Shown here: positions 1-12,900 of the stretch, one piece after another
Position numbering within the stretch: position 1 is the stretch's first letter
Layout: every line of letters begins with the position of its first letter
NCBI RefSeq assembly: GCF_006345805.1
Contig: NC_043021.1
Span: 26,102,001-26,166,000 of the forward strand
Reading direction: 5' to 3'
Length of the DNA: 64,000 bases
Source of the DNA: Octopus sinensis
Taxonomy: Eukaryota
Translations under genes and position numbers: made by a program
Notes under the pieces: model-generated
The model's database searches: none
Seen by the model: the letters and a program-made list of their open reading frames with translations, nothing else
Told to the model about the DNA's origin: nothing

Positions 1-499
1 TTGTTGATGATGATGATTGGAACCGTGACGGCAACAAAAATTACGAGGGGAGTTCAGTTCCTATACTGAGCTGTACAAAGAGATGATGAACTTTGGATTA
101 AGTTCTTCATCCCTCAAGTTGATGTTCGTGATAATAAGGTGTAAAATAGTAAATACAGTTCCTCGTCCTCCGAGCAACGTTCATTCCACCACCACCACCA
201 TCCCTCACACAGTAATCAATGTTTTGTGGTAAGACCGTATTCTTACAATATTACGATTCTTATTAATTCCAGAACTTATTCCTCGTGAAATGTTTTTTGG
301 GGTTTTTTTATGTTCTTGTCAATCATTCGTTTATTTTCCCGAAAAACTCCGACGAACGCAAACTCACTTCATAATAGGAGAAGTCAAATGGCAAATAGGA
401 ATATTAATTTCGCGTTACGGCCAAATTTTCAGGAACGCATTATTTCCGTAAAGCAAAGGATTCCTGCATATGTTTGCGTGTTGTGCATATATACTTGTG

Positions 500-655
500 T
501 GTATATACGCTTGTAAATGTGTGTGTGTGTGTGTGTATATATATACAATATACAAACGCATGTACATACAGGGCTATATATACATACACACACACACACA
601 TGCCTGAACCCAGTATATACACAATACACAAAAGCAAAGTTTTCAAAGATCAGCT

Positions 656-691
<36 letters not shown>

Positions 692-843
692 ATATATATG
701 TATATATATACAAACATAATACATATATATACATACATAATACACACACACACATATATATATATACACATACATAATACATATATATATATACATAATA
801 CACATATATATATATGTATATATATATATGTATATATATATAT

Positions 844-882
<39 letters not shown>

Positions 883-884
883 GT

Positions 885-948
<64 letters not shown>

Positions 949-995
949 GTGTATATATATATATGTATATATATATATGTGTATATATATATATG

Positions 996-1026
<31 letters not shown>

Positions 1027-1185
1027 TATATATATATATAGATATGTATATATATATATGTATATATATATATAGATATGTATATAATATATGTATATAT
1101 ATATATAGATATGTATATATATATACATATATATATATACATACATATATATATACATGTGTGTGTGTGTGTGTGCGTGTGTGGC
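500..1185. repeat. Compound (TA)n/(CA)n/(TG)n microsatellite field
   Basis: Directly visible. Further fields at about 1540-1830, 21780-21940, 37950-38540, 48125-48180 and 61360-61465; these generate the YIYI/CVCV ORFs. Confidence 0.95.
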
Positions 1186-1735
1186 TGTCATCGACCGTGT
1201 TAAATAATCTGAGGAGAGATTGAGTAATAAATAAAGCAAAGGTTCTCTCCTCCGACAGGAACAGAAAAGACCCAGGGTTGTAAGGAGAACCGCGACAACA
1301 AACAGATTCTTCTTCTTCTTCTTATTTATTGTAATAATCCGTCATTTTTAATGAGAATCTTTGGAAAGAGAGAAAGATTTTTCTTCTTTCTAATAAAAGG
1401 GGTCGGATTATTCACAACAGAAGAAAGAAAAAAAGGATTATTATTATTATTATTATCCTAATTAATGTCCTTTTGTCAGTTTCCCAGTTGTAGGATGTTG
1501 TTTTGTAAACAATACTCGCAGCCAGCATATGTGGGTCTGTGCAGTCGTATATTGTGTGTATATATATATATATAGATATGTGTGTGTATATACACACATG
1601 CAGATATATGTGTGTGTGTATATACACACATGCGGATATAGATATGTGTGTGTGTATATACACACATGCAGATATATGTGTGTGTGTATATACACACATG
1701 CAGATATGTATGTGTGTGTGAGTATACACATGCGG

Positions 1736-1769
<34 letters not shown>

Positions 1770-2056
1770 ACATAAAGATATATACATGTTCATACACATA
1801 TACACGTAACTATGCATGTACACACATATATACATAATTTCATCAAAAATTAAAACTAATTAACAAGAATAGTTTTCAATCTCACCACTTTGTACACACA
1901 ACACACACACACATGTGTGTATATATATATTATATTATATATATATATATACGCATAAATGTTTGGAACCAAAGGAAGTCTGTCTGTCTCTCTCTCTCTC
2001 TAACAGCTGAAACAGTTTAAAATGTGAAATAAATAAATGATGCCGGTGTTACTTAC

Positions 2057-2250
2057 CGCTTGAAAAGTAAATGTAAAAAGTTATCAAAACGTGGAAGTTG
2101 TCACGGTTGGAAGGAAGAAAGAGAGGAGGAGGAGGAGAAGGAGAAGGAAGGAGGAAGAAGGAGGAAGGAGATGGAGACGGCGGAGGGGGACAGCAGCAGC
2201 TGCTGATGGCGGTGGCGATGGTGGTGGGGGAGGGGGAGGATTTTAATGAA
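2057..2250 (-). other. Putative non-coding first/UTR exon of a neighbouring minus-strand gene extending off the left edge
   Basis: Consensus donor gcg|gtaagt at 2057/2056 at the end of a GC-rich, CpG-containing, pyrimidine-rich segment. No convincing coding exon in 1-2800; the left boundary is exact, the right is approximate. Confidence 0.3.
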
Positions 2251-2769
2251 ACTGACGATTACAGGACACAGATATATATATATATATATGCAGGGAGAGA
2301 CAGAAAGATAGATATGTGGTTTATATATATATATATACAATAATATATATATGTGTGTGTGTTTGTTGGTCTATTTGGATCTTTTCACTTTGACCGGCAG
2401 ATTTTTAGAATAAAGATCCGTCTATTTAAATATCAATATTTGTGCGTGTGCGTGTGTATGCATATTTACATTGTATGTGTGTATATGCATGCGTATTTAC
2501 AGCATGTGTGTGTGTATGTGTATTTGTGTCGTGTAAATGCATGTGCGTGTGTATGCACATGTATGTATATGTGTGTGTACGCGTGTACGTTTATATGTTT
2601 ATATTTAAAGAGGCTGGGAATTATTACTTTAATCCCGATTTAATTCACAGTTAAACGTTAAATATGTTTGTCCATTGATCTGGTATTGCTGATTTATCTT
2701 TAATAAATATTTCATTTTCAAGTTTTACCCCGGTTTCTGAAAGAAAGGAAATTACCCATGATTCATTAG

Positions 2770-4600
2770 TGAGAGGCGGTAAGATGGAGCAGATGAGGAT
2801 GAGAGAGAGAGAGAGAAGAGAATGTCTGTAACGTGTGGGGTGGATAGTAAAGAGAAAGTAGAAGATCGATGGATGTGTAAAAGAGAGAAGGGAGAAATGA
2901 AGACGGGAAGATGTTATTACCGACATGAAAGAAGAGGGGAAAAGAAAACGGGTTGAGTGGTAAATGAATGAAAGTGATGGAGAAGAGAGTTGGAACAATG
3001 AGAAAAGGAAAATAGTGAATGGAGAGAGAGAGAGAGAAGAGTGTGTGATAGGTTTTAAGAGAGAAGGGTAAATAGAAATAGGAAGAGTGAATAAAAGGAT
3101 TGTAAATCAGGGTGAAGCCGTTTGGTATAAAATAAAGAAAGGAGATCGAGATATGTAAGCAATGAATGGAAGGAGAATGGAGATGGAAATGAAAAGAATA
3201 TAAGGAAGCATGGATTGAATAATAGAGAAGGGAGATATAAGTAACGAAAGAAGAGAGAAAAGGAGAAGGACAAGAGAGAGAGAGAGAAGTAATGAAAGGG
3301 AGGATTGAAGATGGAGAGGAAGAAATTAGAGGAGGAATAAAAAGAAACATGAATGAGAGAGGATACAGGAAATGAACAGAGATAGGCACGGAAAGAATGG
3401 ATTTTTGAAAAACCCAGGGAATCGATGTTTATGAGAGAGAGAGAACAAAACAACAATGGAGAAGGAAGAATATGAAAAAGAGAAGGAAAGAGAAATAAAG
3501 GAAGGAGGAAAATGAGCGCAGAGTATATAAGAGAAAGAAAAGGTTATAAGAATTGTAGAAAGTGAAAGACGGGGAAGTAACAAAAATGTGAGAAAGAGAA
3601 GCAAAATGTGTGGAAGATAGCGAGTGTTATGTAAAAATGAGGATAATTAAGAGAAAAGTGAATAGGAATGAGAGAAAAATGAACGAGAATAACTATAAAA
3701 ATGGAAGTTACGATGAGACGAGGTTCCAAAATGAAATTCTTAAAGAGATTTCAACTTTTGAACCAAAAGTAGAATGGTGAAAATATTAAAAGGGAAGCAG
3801 AAATTGGTTGGGAAAGAAACAGAGAAAGAATATGAGGCAAAAACTGTAGAAGACGGATTGGAGAAGAAAGCGAATGAGAGAGAGATAAAGAAGAGATTAA
3901 TTCTATAATGCCAAAGAAGTGGAGTGCGATAGAATTGGAGGTAAACTTATTGCGATATAAATCTGAAAAGCTGAGTTCAATAACGAGTCAACCATAATTA
4001 TTTCCAGAAATATTAAATTTATGAGATAAACTCCATAATTATTTTATTTTTAGGAAAGTTCATTGAAGTTAAATTGCAGCGGGGGAGGGAAGAATCTAAG
4101 ACTTTGGGTCCTGGAGAGAGGAGGTAAAGACAAGATAGGTATATAGATAGAGAGAGGGGGAGTTAGATAGAGAGAAAGAGAGAGAGAGAGAGAGAATGAT
4201 GTTGTCATTTTGTGAGAAAGTAAATGATGAAGACAATGAGTTGAAAGCGTGAGGAATAGTGTGGGGGTAGGAGGAAAGGGCGGGAAGATAGAGAGAAGGT
4301 AGAAGGATGCAAAGCATTAGGGTGGGTAGTAGGAAGAGGTAACGTTAAAGATAGAGAGGGAAAGAGGGAAGAGAGAAAGACAAACAAAGCGCAGAGAAGC
4401 TATTTAAAAATATTCAACTAAAATACATTCATAGAATATTTTTTAGAAAGGGGGGATGTGGGGTATGGAGGGGGGACCAGAGAGAGAGATGGGGGAGGAT
4501 GTTAAGAATGGAAGATGGGTGAGGCATAGAGAAGGGATTGAAGTAAAGAGAGAGAGAGAGGAAAGCAAAGAGTAAGGACCACACCTAGAAAATAATGGTA
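2770..4600 (+). repeat. Long purine-rich low-complexity tract
   Basis: About 1.8 kb dominated by imperfect GA/GAA/GGA runs on the plus strand, with a more AT-rich break at about 3900-4080. Confidence 0.8.
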
Positions 4601-5142
4601 AGAAGGCTAACAAATAAATTCTTTAGAACGGCCAAATTAGCCAGAAGTCTCAACCATACATTAATGCGTATACAAACGCGTTCACATCTATGTATATGCA
4701 TTCATACAAAGAAGCCATAACATACACACGCACACACACATGGCATTTATAAAAAGAAATCTGGGAAAATTTTGATAGAGGAAGCAGCTGTGAATGGCCA
4801 CAGAAGTGGTGAGTGTGATGGAAGGCAGATTCGGAGGAAGTCAAGGTGTTTATTCCAAACTTTGTTGTGCAATGGTTCCTACATTGAAGAAAGATTCTTT
4901 ATTTTGAACCTTGTTTGAACCCTGGTGTTGGAGAACACCACACAACTCAAAGATGAGCAGCAAAGTGACTGAGTGGATTAAAAAGAGAACATGGTGGTTA
5001 AGCAGTTTGTTTCTCAACCACATGGTTTCAGGTTCAGTCCCACTGCATGGCACCTTGGGCAAGTGTCTTCTGCTATAGCCCACCAAAACCTTGTAATTTG
5101 GTAGGTGAATACTGAAAGAAGCCCTTTATATAAATATATATA

Positions 5143-5900
5143 CAGGGTAGGCCAGGGAGGATGGACGTTTTTGAAATGGCTATTACTCAGCCCCAAGGGG
5201 AGGAACATGTGTCCGACAGGTACCATTTGGTCCATGGTGTCTTAGCATGTTTTTGTTTTTGTTTCTTTTCAGGTAACTATGCACAGTGGCTTAATGTCAG
5301 ATGGAAGCAATTTTCGAGGCGAATGACAATCTCGTTTTGCTAATGAGTGATGAAGCCTATTTTCATCTCAATGGCATGGTGAATCAACAGAACTGTCATT
5401 GTTGGGCTCTTGAAAATCCGAGAGAACTGCATGAAGGACCACTGCACAGCCCAAAAGTGACAGTCAGGTGTGCTGTTGGAAAAGCTGACATCATTGGTCC
5501 TTATGTTTTTGAAGACAATAACGGAAACGCTGTTACTGTGGACTCCAACCATTACATCGAGATAATAAACAACTTCTTTGTACCTGAATTACAATGAAAA
5601 CAGATGCTTCTTCGACATCTGTGATTTTAGCAGGATGGGGCAATGGCCCACACAGCCAGAGCATCAATGGACATTCTTCGCCTTCTCTTCGGTGACTGCC
5701 TCATTTCCAGGTTTGCTGACATTCCCTCGGTCCCTTGATTTGACCATGCGTAATTATTTTTTGTGGGGAAACCTCAAAGTACCATGTGTATGTGCACAAG
5801 CCCTGTACATTGGACGATTTGAAGGAAGCTATTCGTGTGGAAGTCGCCCGAATCAACAGAGCAATGCTGGGGAGAGTGGAGGCCAACCTCCAGCCTAGCA
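5143..5900 (+). mobile_element. Degenerate Tc1/mariner transposon, rosa (DD41D)-like
   Basis: TA|CAGGGTAGGCCA left end. Transposase remnants SDEAYFHLNGMVNQQNC...PLHSPKVTV...IIGPYVFE, QDGAMAHTA and RSLDLTMRNYFLWGNLK, with stops and frameshifts. Confidence 0.8.
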
Positions 5901-6332
5901 TTAACATCCTTCTCTGTCCTAGATAAACTTGGCCTTACTCATAATGAAACAGTGAATCTTGTCAATAAACCATTGGAGTGGTCAATGATTCTAAATTAGG
6001 GTCCAATTACATAAAACTCTCTAGGTTATAATGAAGCCCAGACCTTTCTTCAATTTCACTGGATTCACCCTGGAATTGTTAGATTTGTTCTGGAGAAAGA
6101 GGCTGTGCCAGGGTATATCACAAGACCCCAACAGACCCGATTCAATTTGGGATGGTTATTACTCATCTATCAAAAAAGAGCATTGGTTTAGATTTCTGCA
6201 CAAGGCCAGCAGTTTTGAGGGGAAGGGGTTAGTCAATACACTGACCCAGTACTTTATTTTAAAGACCCTGGAAGGATGAAAGACAAGAATGTTTGACGTT
6301 AGCAGGATTTGAACTCAGAATATAAAGAGATA

Positions 6333-7163
6333 GGAGGTGCATTCCAGAAGTTTAGAGAATTTTTGAGGGGAGGGGGCAGTTATAACTGTCCTAGGTTATT
6401 GAAATTTTAGTACATCATTGCCATACATTTAATTAGCTGACCTGCCACCAACTTTTGGCATTCCATATTGAAGGAGACTGTTATAACAGCACTTTGAACA
6501 CATCTTGTCACACCAAACACCACCTGTCACAGCTGATTAGTTTTCAGACTGCAGGTGGAACCAGAAGGCAATTTGGGAGCTTGCTATGCAATGAAGTCCT
6601 GTGTTAAACTGGGCTGCAGAGACTTATGAAATGCTCTTGGCTGCTGAGGAATTGACTTGTGTGAGCTGAGCATCTGTTTTTCACTGGCAGAGGAGGAGGT
6701 CACGTAAGGAAAGTCCACTGGGAGGCTCGTGATGATCCCTTTTTTTGACAGCAAGGGCATCATCTACATCTACTGGGTTCCCTCTGGTCAGATGGTCAAC
6801 AGTGTTTTGAAGAGATTTTGAGGGAGTTCAAAAGAGATTTTACTGCAAAAGGCCAGAACACTGCACCAGTCCCCAATTCCATCCTGGTGACCAATCCACT
6901 TGATAGAGATGGGCATCAGAACAGTCCCTCACCCTCCATACAGTCAGATCATGCACCGTGACTTTTGGTTGTTCCCCAGTCCGAAGAAGAAGAGGGAGAC
7001 TGTGAGAAGGGCCCGAACCCTTTCACCTGGGAGGACTTCCATGGGGCCTTTACAAAATGGCTGGAGCACTATAAGTGCTCACAAGTCAGAGAACCCAACT
7101 TTGAAGATTAGAGTTTTGTACTTCTTTGAAATTAATATTGCAAAACTTCTGGAAAGCCCCTTG
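6333..7163 (+). mobile_element. Internally deleted mariner (DD34D-type)
   Basis: Imperfect TIRs sharing ttccagaagttt (6333-6353 and 7143-7163). Remnants FFDSKGIIY and EMGIRTVPHPPYS...DFWLFP (ORF 6900-7256). Confidence 0.7.
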
Positions 7164-7168
7164 GAGAA

Positions 7169-7330
7169 CTGTGGTTCCCAACCCTTCTATTTAAATGAAT
7201 TTTCCCATGGACCCCTATTAATATGCTTATCCTTATGTATACCTATGAAATTTTGAATTTACTTCACGGACCCCAAGTACTGCCTTAGTGGACTACCAGG
7301 GGTCCAAGGACCCCAGGTTAGGAACCACTG
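7169..7330. mobile_element. hAT-type MITE
   Basis: Ends ctgtggttcccaacc and ggttaggaaccactg; 8-bp flanks ttggagaa/ttgtacaa match at 6 of 8. Confidence 0.55.
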
Positions 7331-7347
7331 TTGTACAAGAAATAACC

Positions 7348-7467
7348 TGGCACTACTTAAATCCAGAGGTCCCAATGCATCTGTGTAACAATGTTTTTAC
7401 AGTGCACACTTGTTAGGGGGTTAGGGTTAGGCAGATGCGTTGGGGCCTCTGTATTTAAGTAGTGCCA
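7348..7467. mobile_element. 120-bp MITE with 36-bp TIRs
   Basis: tggcactacttaaatccagaggtcccaatgcatctg ... cagatgcgttggggcctctgtatttaagtagtgcca. Confidence 0.6.
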
Positions 7468-9538
7468 ATAATCCTTTCTACTATAGGCACAAAGCTTGAA
7501 TTTTGTGGGCAGGAGAGAAATCACTGACCCCAGTGCTCAACTGGTCCATCAACCTCCCAAAAAGATGAAAAGCAAAGGTGATCTCGGCAGCATTTGAACT
7601 GAGAATGTAAAAATGGACGACATTCTGCTAAGCATTCTGTCCACTGTGTCAGCTCATTGCCCGGCATTTCACAAGAATAAAACACTTGCACAAACACGAT
7701 TCCAATTAAAATTAAAGGGGGGGGGACCTTGTTCTTCTTTTCGGATTATGGCTGCTGTTGCTTAGTGAGTGAGATTGACTCAGTGCACAGCTTTTCCTCA
7801 CTTTAAAAAAATCTTCTTGCACAGGCATTGCACGATAACAACATTGATTAAGCTTTGTGCAATGGCCATACTCGATAATGAGGGGGCAGCCACCATGTAT
7901 ATGTATGTGTATGTATGTATGTATCCGTGTGTGTCTTTGTGCCTACCCCCCCCCCCCACCGCTTGACAACCGGTACTAGTGTATTTATGTCCCCGTAACT
8001 TAGCAGTTCAGCAAAAGAAACAGATAGAATAAGTACTAGGCTTAAAAAAAAGAAAGCCTGGGATCAATTTGCCTGACTGAAACCCTTCAAGACAGTGCCC
8101 CAGCATGGCCACAGTGAAATGACTGAAACCAGAAGAAGAGAAAAGAATTTATGAAACTCATTCAGCTGCTGTTTGGAAGATGAATCAACATGAAAGTTTG
8201 ATGGAAGGTTTTTCATTTGGATCACTTTAAACACAAGGAATTTGTATCAAAGAACAAGGAGCAGTTTCAGGTAGGTTAGTATAAAAAGGGGTCAAACACA
8301 CAGTTATAACCTTGACCTTCTTCTATAAAAGACTCTTTTCATGAATGAAACTCTTCTCACCATCTTCAATTTTCTTTTCCATCAAAAATTTCCGTTCATC
8401 CTTAACTTATCCCTTCGTCCCTATAACACCCCAATCACCCAACCAATTCCATGTCACTCACCACTGATTGTTGTCTTCACCAACGTTTTCCTCCTCATCA
8501 TTTAATGCCTTTTTTTCCATGCTGGCATGGGTCGGATGGTTCAACATAAATCGACAAACCTGACGGCTGCACTGAGCACCAATGTCTTCTTAGCCTTCCA
8601 CAACTGGATTCCCTTCCTAATGCCAACCACTTCACAGAACATTATGGGTGTGCTTTTTCATGGAACCCCTCATGTATTACAAATCCTTAAACAAGACTGA
8701 AACCAGGTGACGTCTCTGTCACTTTCCTTGACATCCAAGCAATCTCAAATTCCCCAAAATTCTACCCTTCAATTCTCGAAGCAACTCCACCAAATCTTGA
8801 TGGAAGAAAAGAAAAACATTCACACCTGAGACACGTTTGGACTCACAGACATTAACAAACCCACCACAAACTTTTAATGAGATTCTACTCTTTTCCTGTT
8901 AAGGAGGAGGTTGGCAGTTTAGATGAGAAGATTACAATGATGGAGAGGAGGAGGAGAGGCTGAGAAGAAAACAACACTTTAGATAGATGTCAATAAGATG
9001 TGAACTTTATACATTGAGCCAACACGGAAGAAGGGTGGTGGCAATGCTGGAAGGATGGCTATGGTTGGAGGGGAGGTTGGCAATTCAATTAAGGAAGAAA
9101 TAAAAGACCCCCCCCAAAAAAAAACCCATCTTTTTCTTCTTATGTTATTGGTGCAGGATTGGGTGCGTGGTAAGAAGTTTACTTCCCAACCACATGGTTC
9201 TGGGTTCAGTCCCACTGTGTGGCACCTTGGGTAAGTGTCTTCTACCATAGCCTTGGGCCAACCAAAGCCTTGTGAGTGGATTTGGTAGAGAGAAACTGAA
9301 GTGTGTGTGTTTATACCCCACCATTGCTTGACAACTGGTGTCAGTGGGTTTATGTCCCTGTAACTTAGCAGTTCAGCAAAAGAAACCAATAAAATAAGTA
9401 CCAGGCTGAAAAAAGAAAAAAAGTACTGGGTTTGATTCAGCTGATTAAAATTTTTTCAAGGGCTGTGCTCCAGCATGGCCACAGTCTAATGATGGAAACA
9501 AGTGGAAGACAAAAGGCAGCAGATTATTGCAAATATCT

Positions 9539-9544
9539 TTTAAT
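9539..9544 (-). terminator. Candidate Nup50 polyadenylation signal ATTAAA
   Basis: First ATTAAA/AATAAA hexamer I noticed on the minus strand, about 185 nt after the stop. The region is AT-rich, so it may be chance. Confidence 0.25.
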
Positions 9545-9728
9545 AAAATCAAACGTAAATTGCATCCTTTTGTATCAGAAAATCCACGATAGAGTTAAGA
9601 GTCTTTTTCATGATACAGGTATGTTTTTTCTGAAGGAATGGAGGGACAAAAAAAAAAAAAAGGTATGTAAAGGAGGTAGAGATAGCAGTCCCTAAAAACG
9701 TTGACAGAATTAAACGATGGCTCCATCA

Positions 9729-9955
9729 TTAGACGTTCTCTTGAGAATCTGTTCCATGTTTATGTTTGTTGAGCTGTGCCAGGAGGTCGTCAGCTTCCTC
9801 ACCACTCTTCACTCGGATCAGCAACGGCACTGGTTTATTCTCGGTCCCGCCCTTCGTTAAGGGAGGGTTTGGAATGCATACAAGGCTCACATTGTTTTTG
9901 CCTTGCCTTTTGAGTTGCATTGTTGGAAACAACATTATGTTGAGGAGAATGTTCC
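9729..9955 (-). CDS. NUP50: Nup50 terminal coding exon (GNILLNIMLFPTMQ...DSQENV*)
   Basis: Lies within ORF 9729-9992. Acceptor tttctcttgcag|GG; TAA stop at 9729-9731. Confidence 0.94.
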
Positions 9956-12900
9956 CTGCAAGAGAAAGGCTGAGAGTCAAACCAAAACTCACGATTACAC
10001 AACTGACACAAGTTACCGTGACGACAATTGGAGACTAAGTTTATTGATTAGAAACAATGTTTAATACACAAATCTTCCTGACAAGATATACAGAGCTAAT
10101 TGCAATCAGGCAATTAACCCCTTTCCTATTATATTTCTGCTGAAATACCATTCTCTTTGTTGTAATTAATTTTGAAATTCAGAATTTAGTAAAAATAACT
10201 GTCATTATTATAATCTGATGTGGCAAATTGGCAGAATCTTTAGCACAGTGGGGGAAATGCTTAGCAGTGTCTTGTCAGTCTTTATGTTTTGAGTTCAAAC
10301 TCTGCTGAGGTCGACTTTGCTTTTCATCTTTTGGGGTTGATAAAAGAAGTACCATTTGAGCAGTAGGGTCAATGTAATCAACTTACTCCTGCCATGAAAT
10401 TGCTGGCCTTGTGCCAAAATTTGAAATCCTTATCATCATAATCTGATATTTGAAATAAATGAACATGAAATTTTGATGGCAGTTTGTATCAAGGAATCAG
10501 GTGTAGTCCGAGGTGGATTGGTAACAAAAGGATTAAACAACATCCAGGTAATCTGGTCCCAACAGTAAAGAGATACAACGATAAAACACAAAACTGCACC
10601 CAAAAAGTGAACCTTCTGAGTTCAAATCTAGTCTAGAGCAATGCATATATGACAGGTGAACAGATCAAAATGTAGTGTTTTATCCCAAAATCGTGTCTGA
10701 ATCCAAGAAATGAGATCAACTCAACAGAGAGGAGAAGGGACGTAACTCCTCCTTATGACTTGGTGTGTGATGAACAATTGGAGGGGCCAGAAATAACGAA
10801 ATAACCCCAGGAACGAAGACTGGGGTCTAAATTTCAAGTTCGGTTTGTTTCAGTATTCAACTTCAGAGTTGTCGTCTTCATAGGAATCACGTAACCTCAA
10901 AAAAATTGCTCAGAATATTTTAAAATTTCTATTTAGAACTTTGTGAGAGAAGGAAAAGTAGGGACGTTTTTAGGGTTTCTGAGACTGGAAGGAGGAAGTT
11001 ATTGAGACTAAAGGCTTTGCTTAATATTTATTAAAACAATGAACTCTACAAATGCTAGGAGGGTGCCGAGGGCAATAGGCTAAGTCCACCACCACCACCA
11101 CCACCACCACAACAAAAGGTATGAAACAGTGAGAGGGCTTCTGCACAGTTTCCATTGACCCAATATCACATCAAAGGATTGGATTAGCCTGAGGCTATGG
11201 TTAGAAGAGACTTGCCCAAAGTTTTGAATGGAAACTGAGACAAAAAACCCCAACAAAACGTGATTGGGAAGAAAACTTCATCTGCATCTGGCGATACCTG
11301 TGTCCATATAAAAAGAATGAAATGTCCAAACTGACCCAACAGGGTCAAACTGATAACCTAAACCAAATAATGTGGTCAGATTGTCATAGTGTGTTGAACA
11401 CCACACAACCATAGGTAGAGCCCTATGAAAACAATACAAGGACCAGGGGCAGAGTAAAGTATTTGATGACCCTTGTTTAAGTTCAGCACCACCAAATAAG
11501 AGGAGACTGTAGCATCTGACCTGGTGAAATAGTTTGACCTTAAACTTGACCGGTAAACTTATCTTATCATGCCTGAACAAATAATAATAATGACAATAAT
11601 GATAATTTCAAATTTTTGCCACAAGGGCAGCTTGTGGGAGGGGATTAATTCAATTACATTGACCCCAGTGCATAACTGGTACATATTTAAAAGATCCCGA
11701 AAGGATGAAAGGCAAAGAACATAGCGATGGGCAAAATAACGCCAAGCATTTTGTCTGGTGTGCTAACAATTCTGCCAGCTCACCACCTTAATAATAATAA
11801 TAATAATGATAATAATAATAATAATAATGATAATAATTCTTTCTAACTTTGGCACAAGCTGATTACATTGACCTCAATACCAGGGTGGTACTTTATTTTC
11901 TCCTTCTCCCCACCCACGAAAGGCAAAGTTGACCTTGGTAGTATTTGAATTTGGCAGCATTTAGGAAGAAATGCTCCAAAGCATTTCCTCCAGCACAGGA
12001 AACAAGAGCCACCAGTCCACAGCTTTTGTCGCTTCAAATTTTGGCACAAGACAAGCAATTTTGAGACGGAGCAAGTGGAGACCCTCTTTCGTTTTCCATC
12101 CTTCTTATAAAATACTTTCCATCTACATCTCAGTATAGAAATGGAAGCATTTTACAACAGTTGTCGAGGAAGAAGAAAAAAGAAAAAACGAGAAGCTAAA
12201 CTGACAAGAATTCCTTCGATAATATTAGGAAACTATCAGGAAGCACAATCCTGTAATAATTCATTGTTAAAAGAACTTCACCAAAACTTAGCTTTACGCT
12301 GTGTCTCTCCAGAAGAAGGCAAATATTAATTTGGTAAATGAAAATACTGGAATGGAGCAGTGAAGATGATTGTTGTTGTTGTTCTCATCAGAGAGAAGCA
12401 GAAGAGAACCTACCCAAGTTTGTGTCGGCACGAATGATGAGTTGCGCTTTGTCTTGGAATGGTTTCACGTGCAAGTTTCCAATGCCTTTATCAATCCAAT
12501 TCTTGTCTTTCTCATAAAACAGTTTGCATCTAGAGGAGGGAGACAGAAAAATGATAGAAATACATCAAAGAGAACGTCATTCATTGTAAGACAGATTCTT
12601 GGTTGTCAAGTGATATTCTCTGCAATTATCGAATATAGTCGCAGAGAGATTCTCACTGGCACCGAAAAGTTGGCATGTTTAATGTTTATCAATCGGGAAT
12701 TGATAAAAGATTACAACGTTTTTATTAAAGATATTGTTGTATTTCGGAATGGTCATTTTGCCAGTTTAGCCAATAAAAACACACGCACTATATATTTGGT
12801 GTTACTTTGCTTCAGCGTTATTTATTTTTTACATTAATCTTAATCTTATTTCGGCCAGAGTTCTTTCGTCACACTCCTGTGACCTCATCAGATAAATAAA

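Noticed and set aside
1-460. Exon-like unique sequence at the left edge
   Set aside because: The minus-strand frames I translated over about 1-190 all contain stops with no recognisable protein; at most a UTR.
310-1837. Many overlapping ORFs rich in YI/CV/HT
   Set aside because: These are translations of (TA)n/(TG)n/(CA)n microsatellites; the same applies near 21600-22050, 38070-38560, 47700-48050 and 61280-61670.
2651-4387. Minus-strand F/L/S-rich membrane-like ORFs up to 207 aa
   Set aside because: Artefact of the polypyrimidine strand of the purine-rich tract.
7413-7431. Interstitial telomere
   Set aside because: Only about 3 imperfect TTAGGG units, inside a MITE.
12370-12837. 155-aa plus-strand ORF (also 9766-10038, 18815-19084 and 19395-19682)
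   Set aside because: Antisense shadows of Nup50 exons and adjacent repeats.
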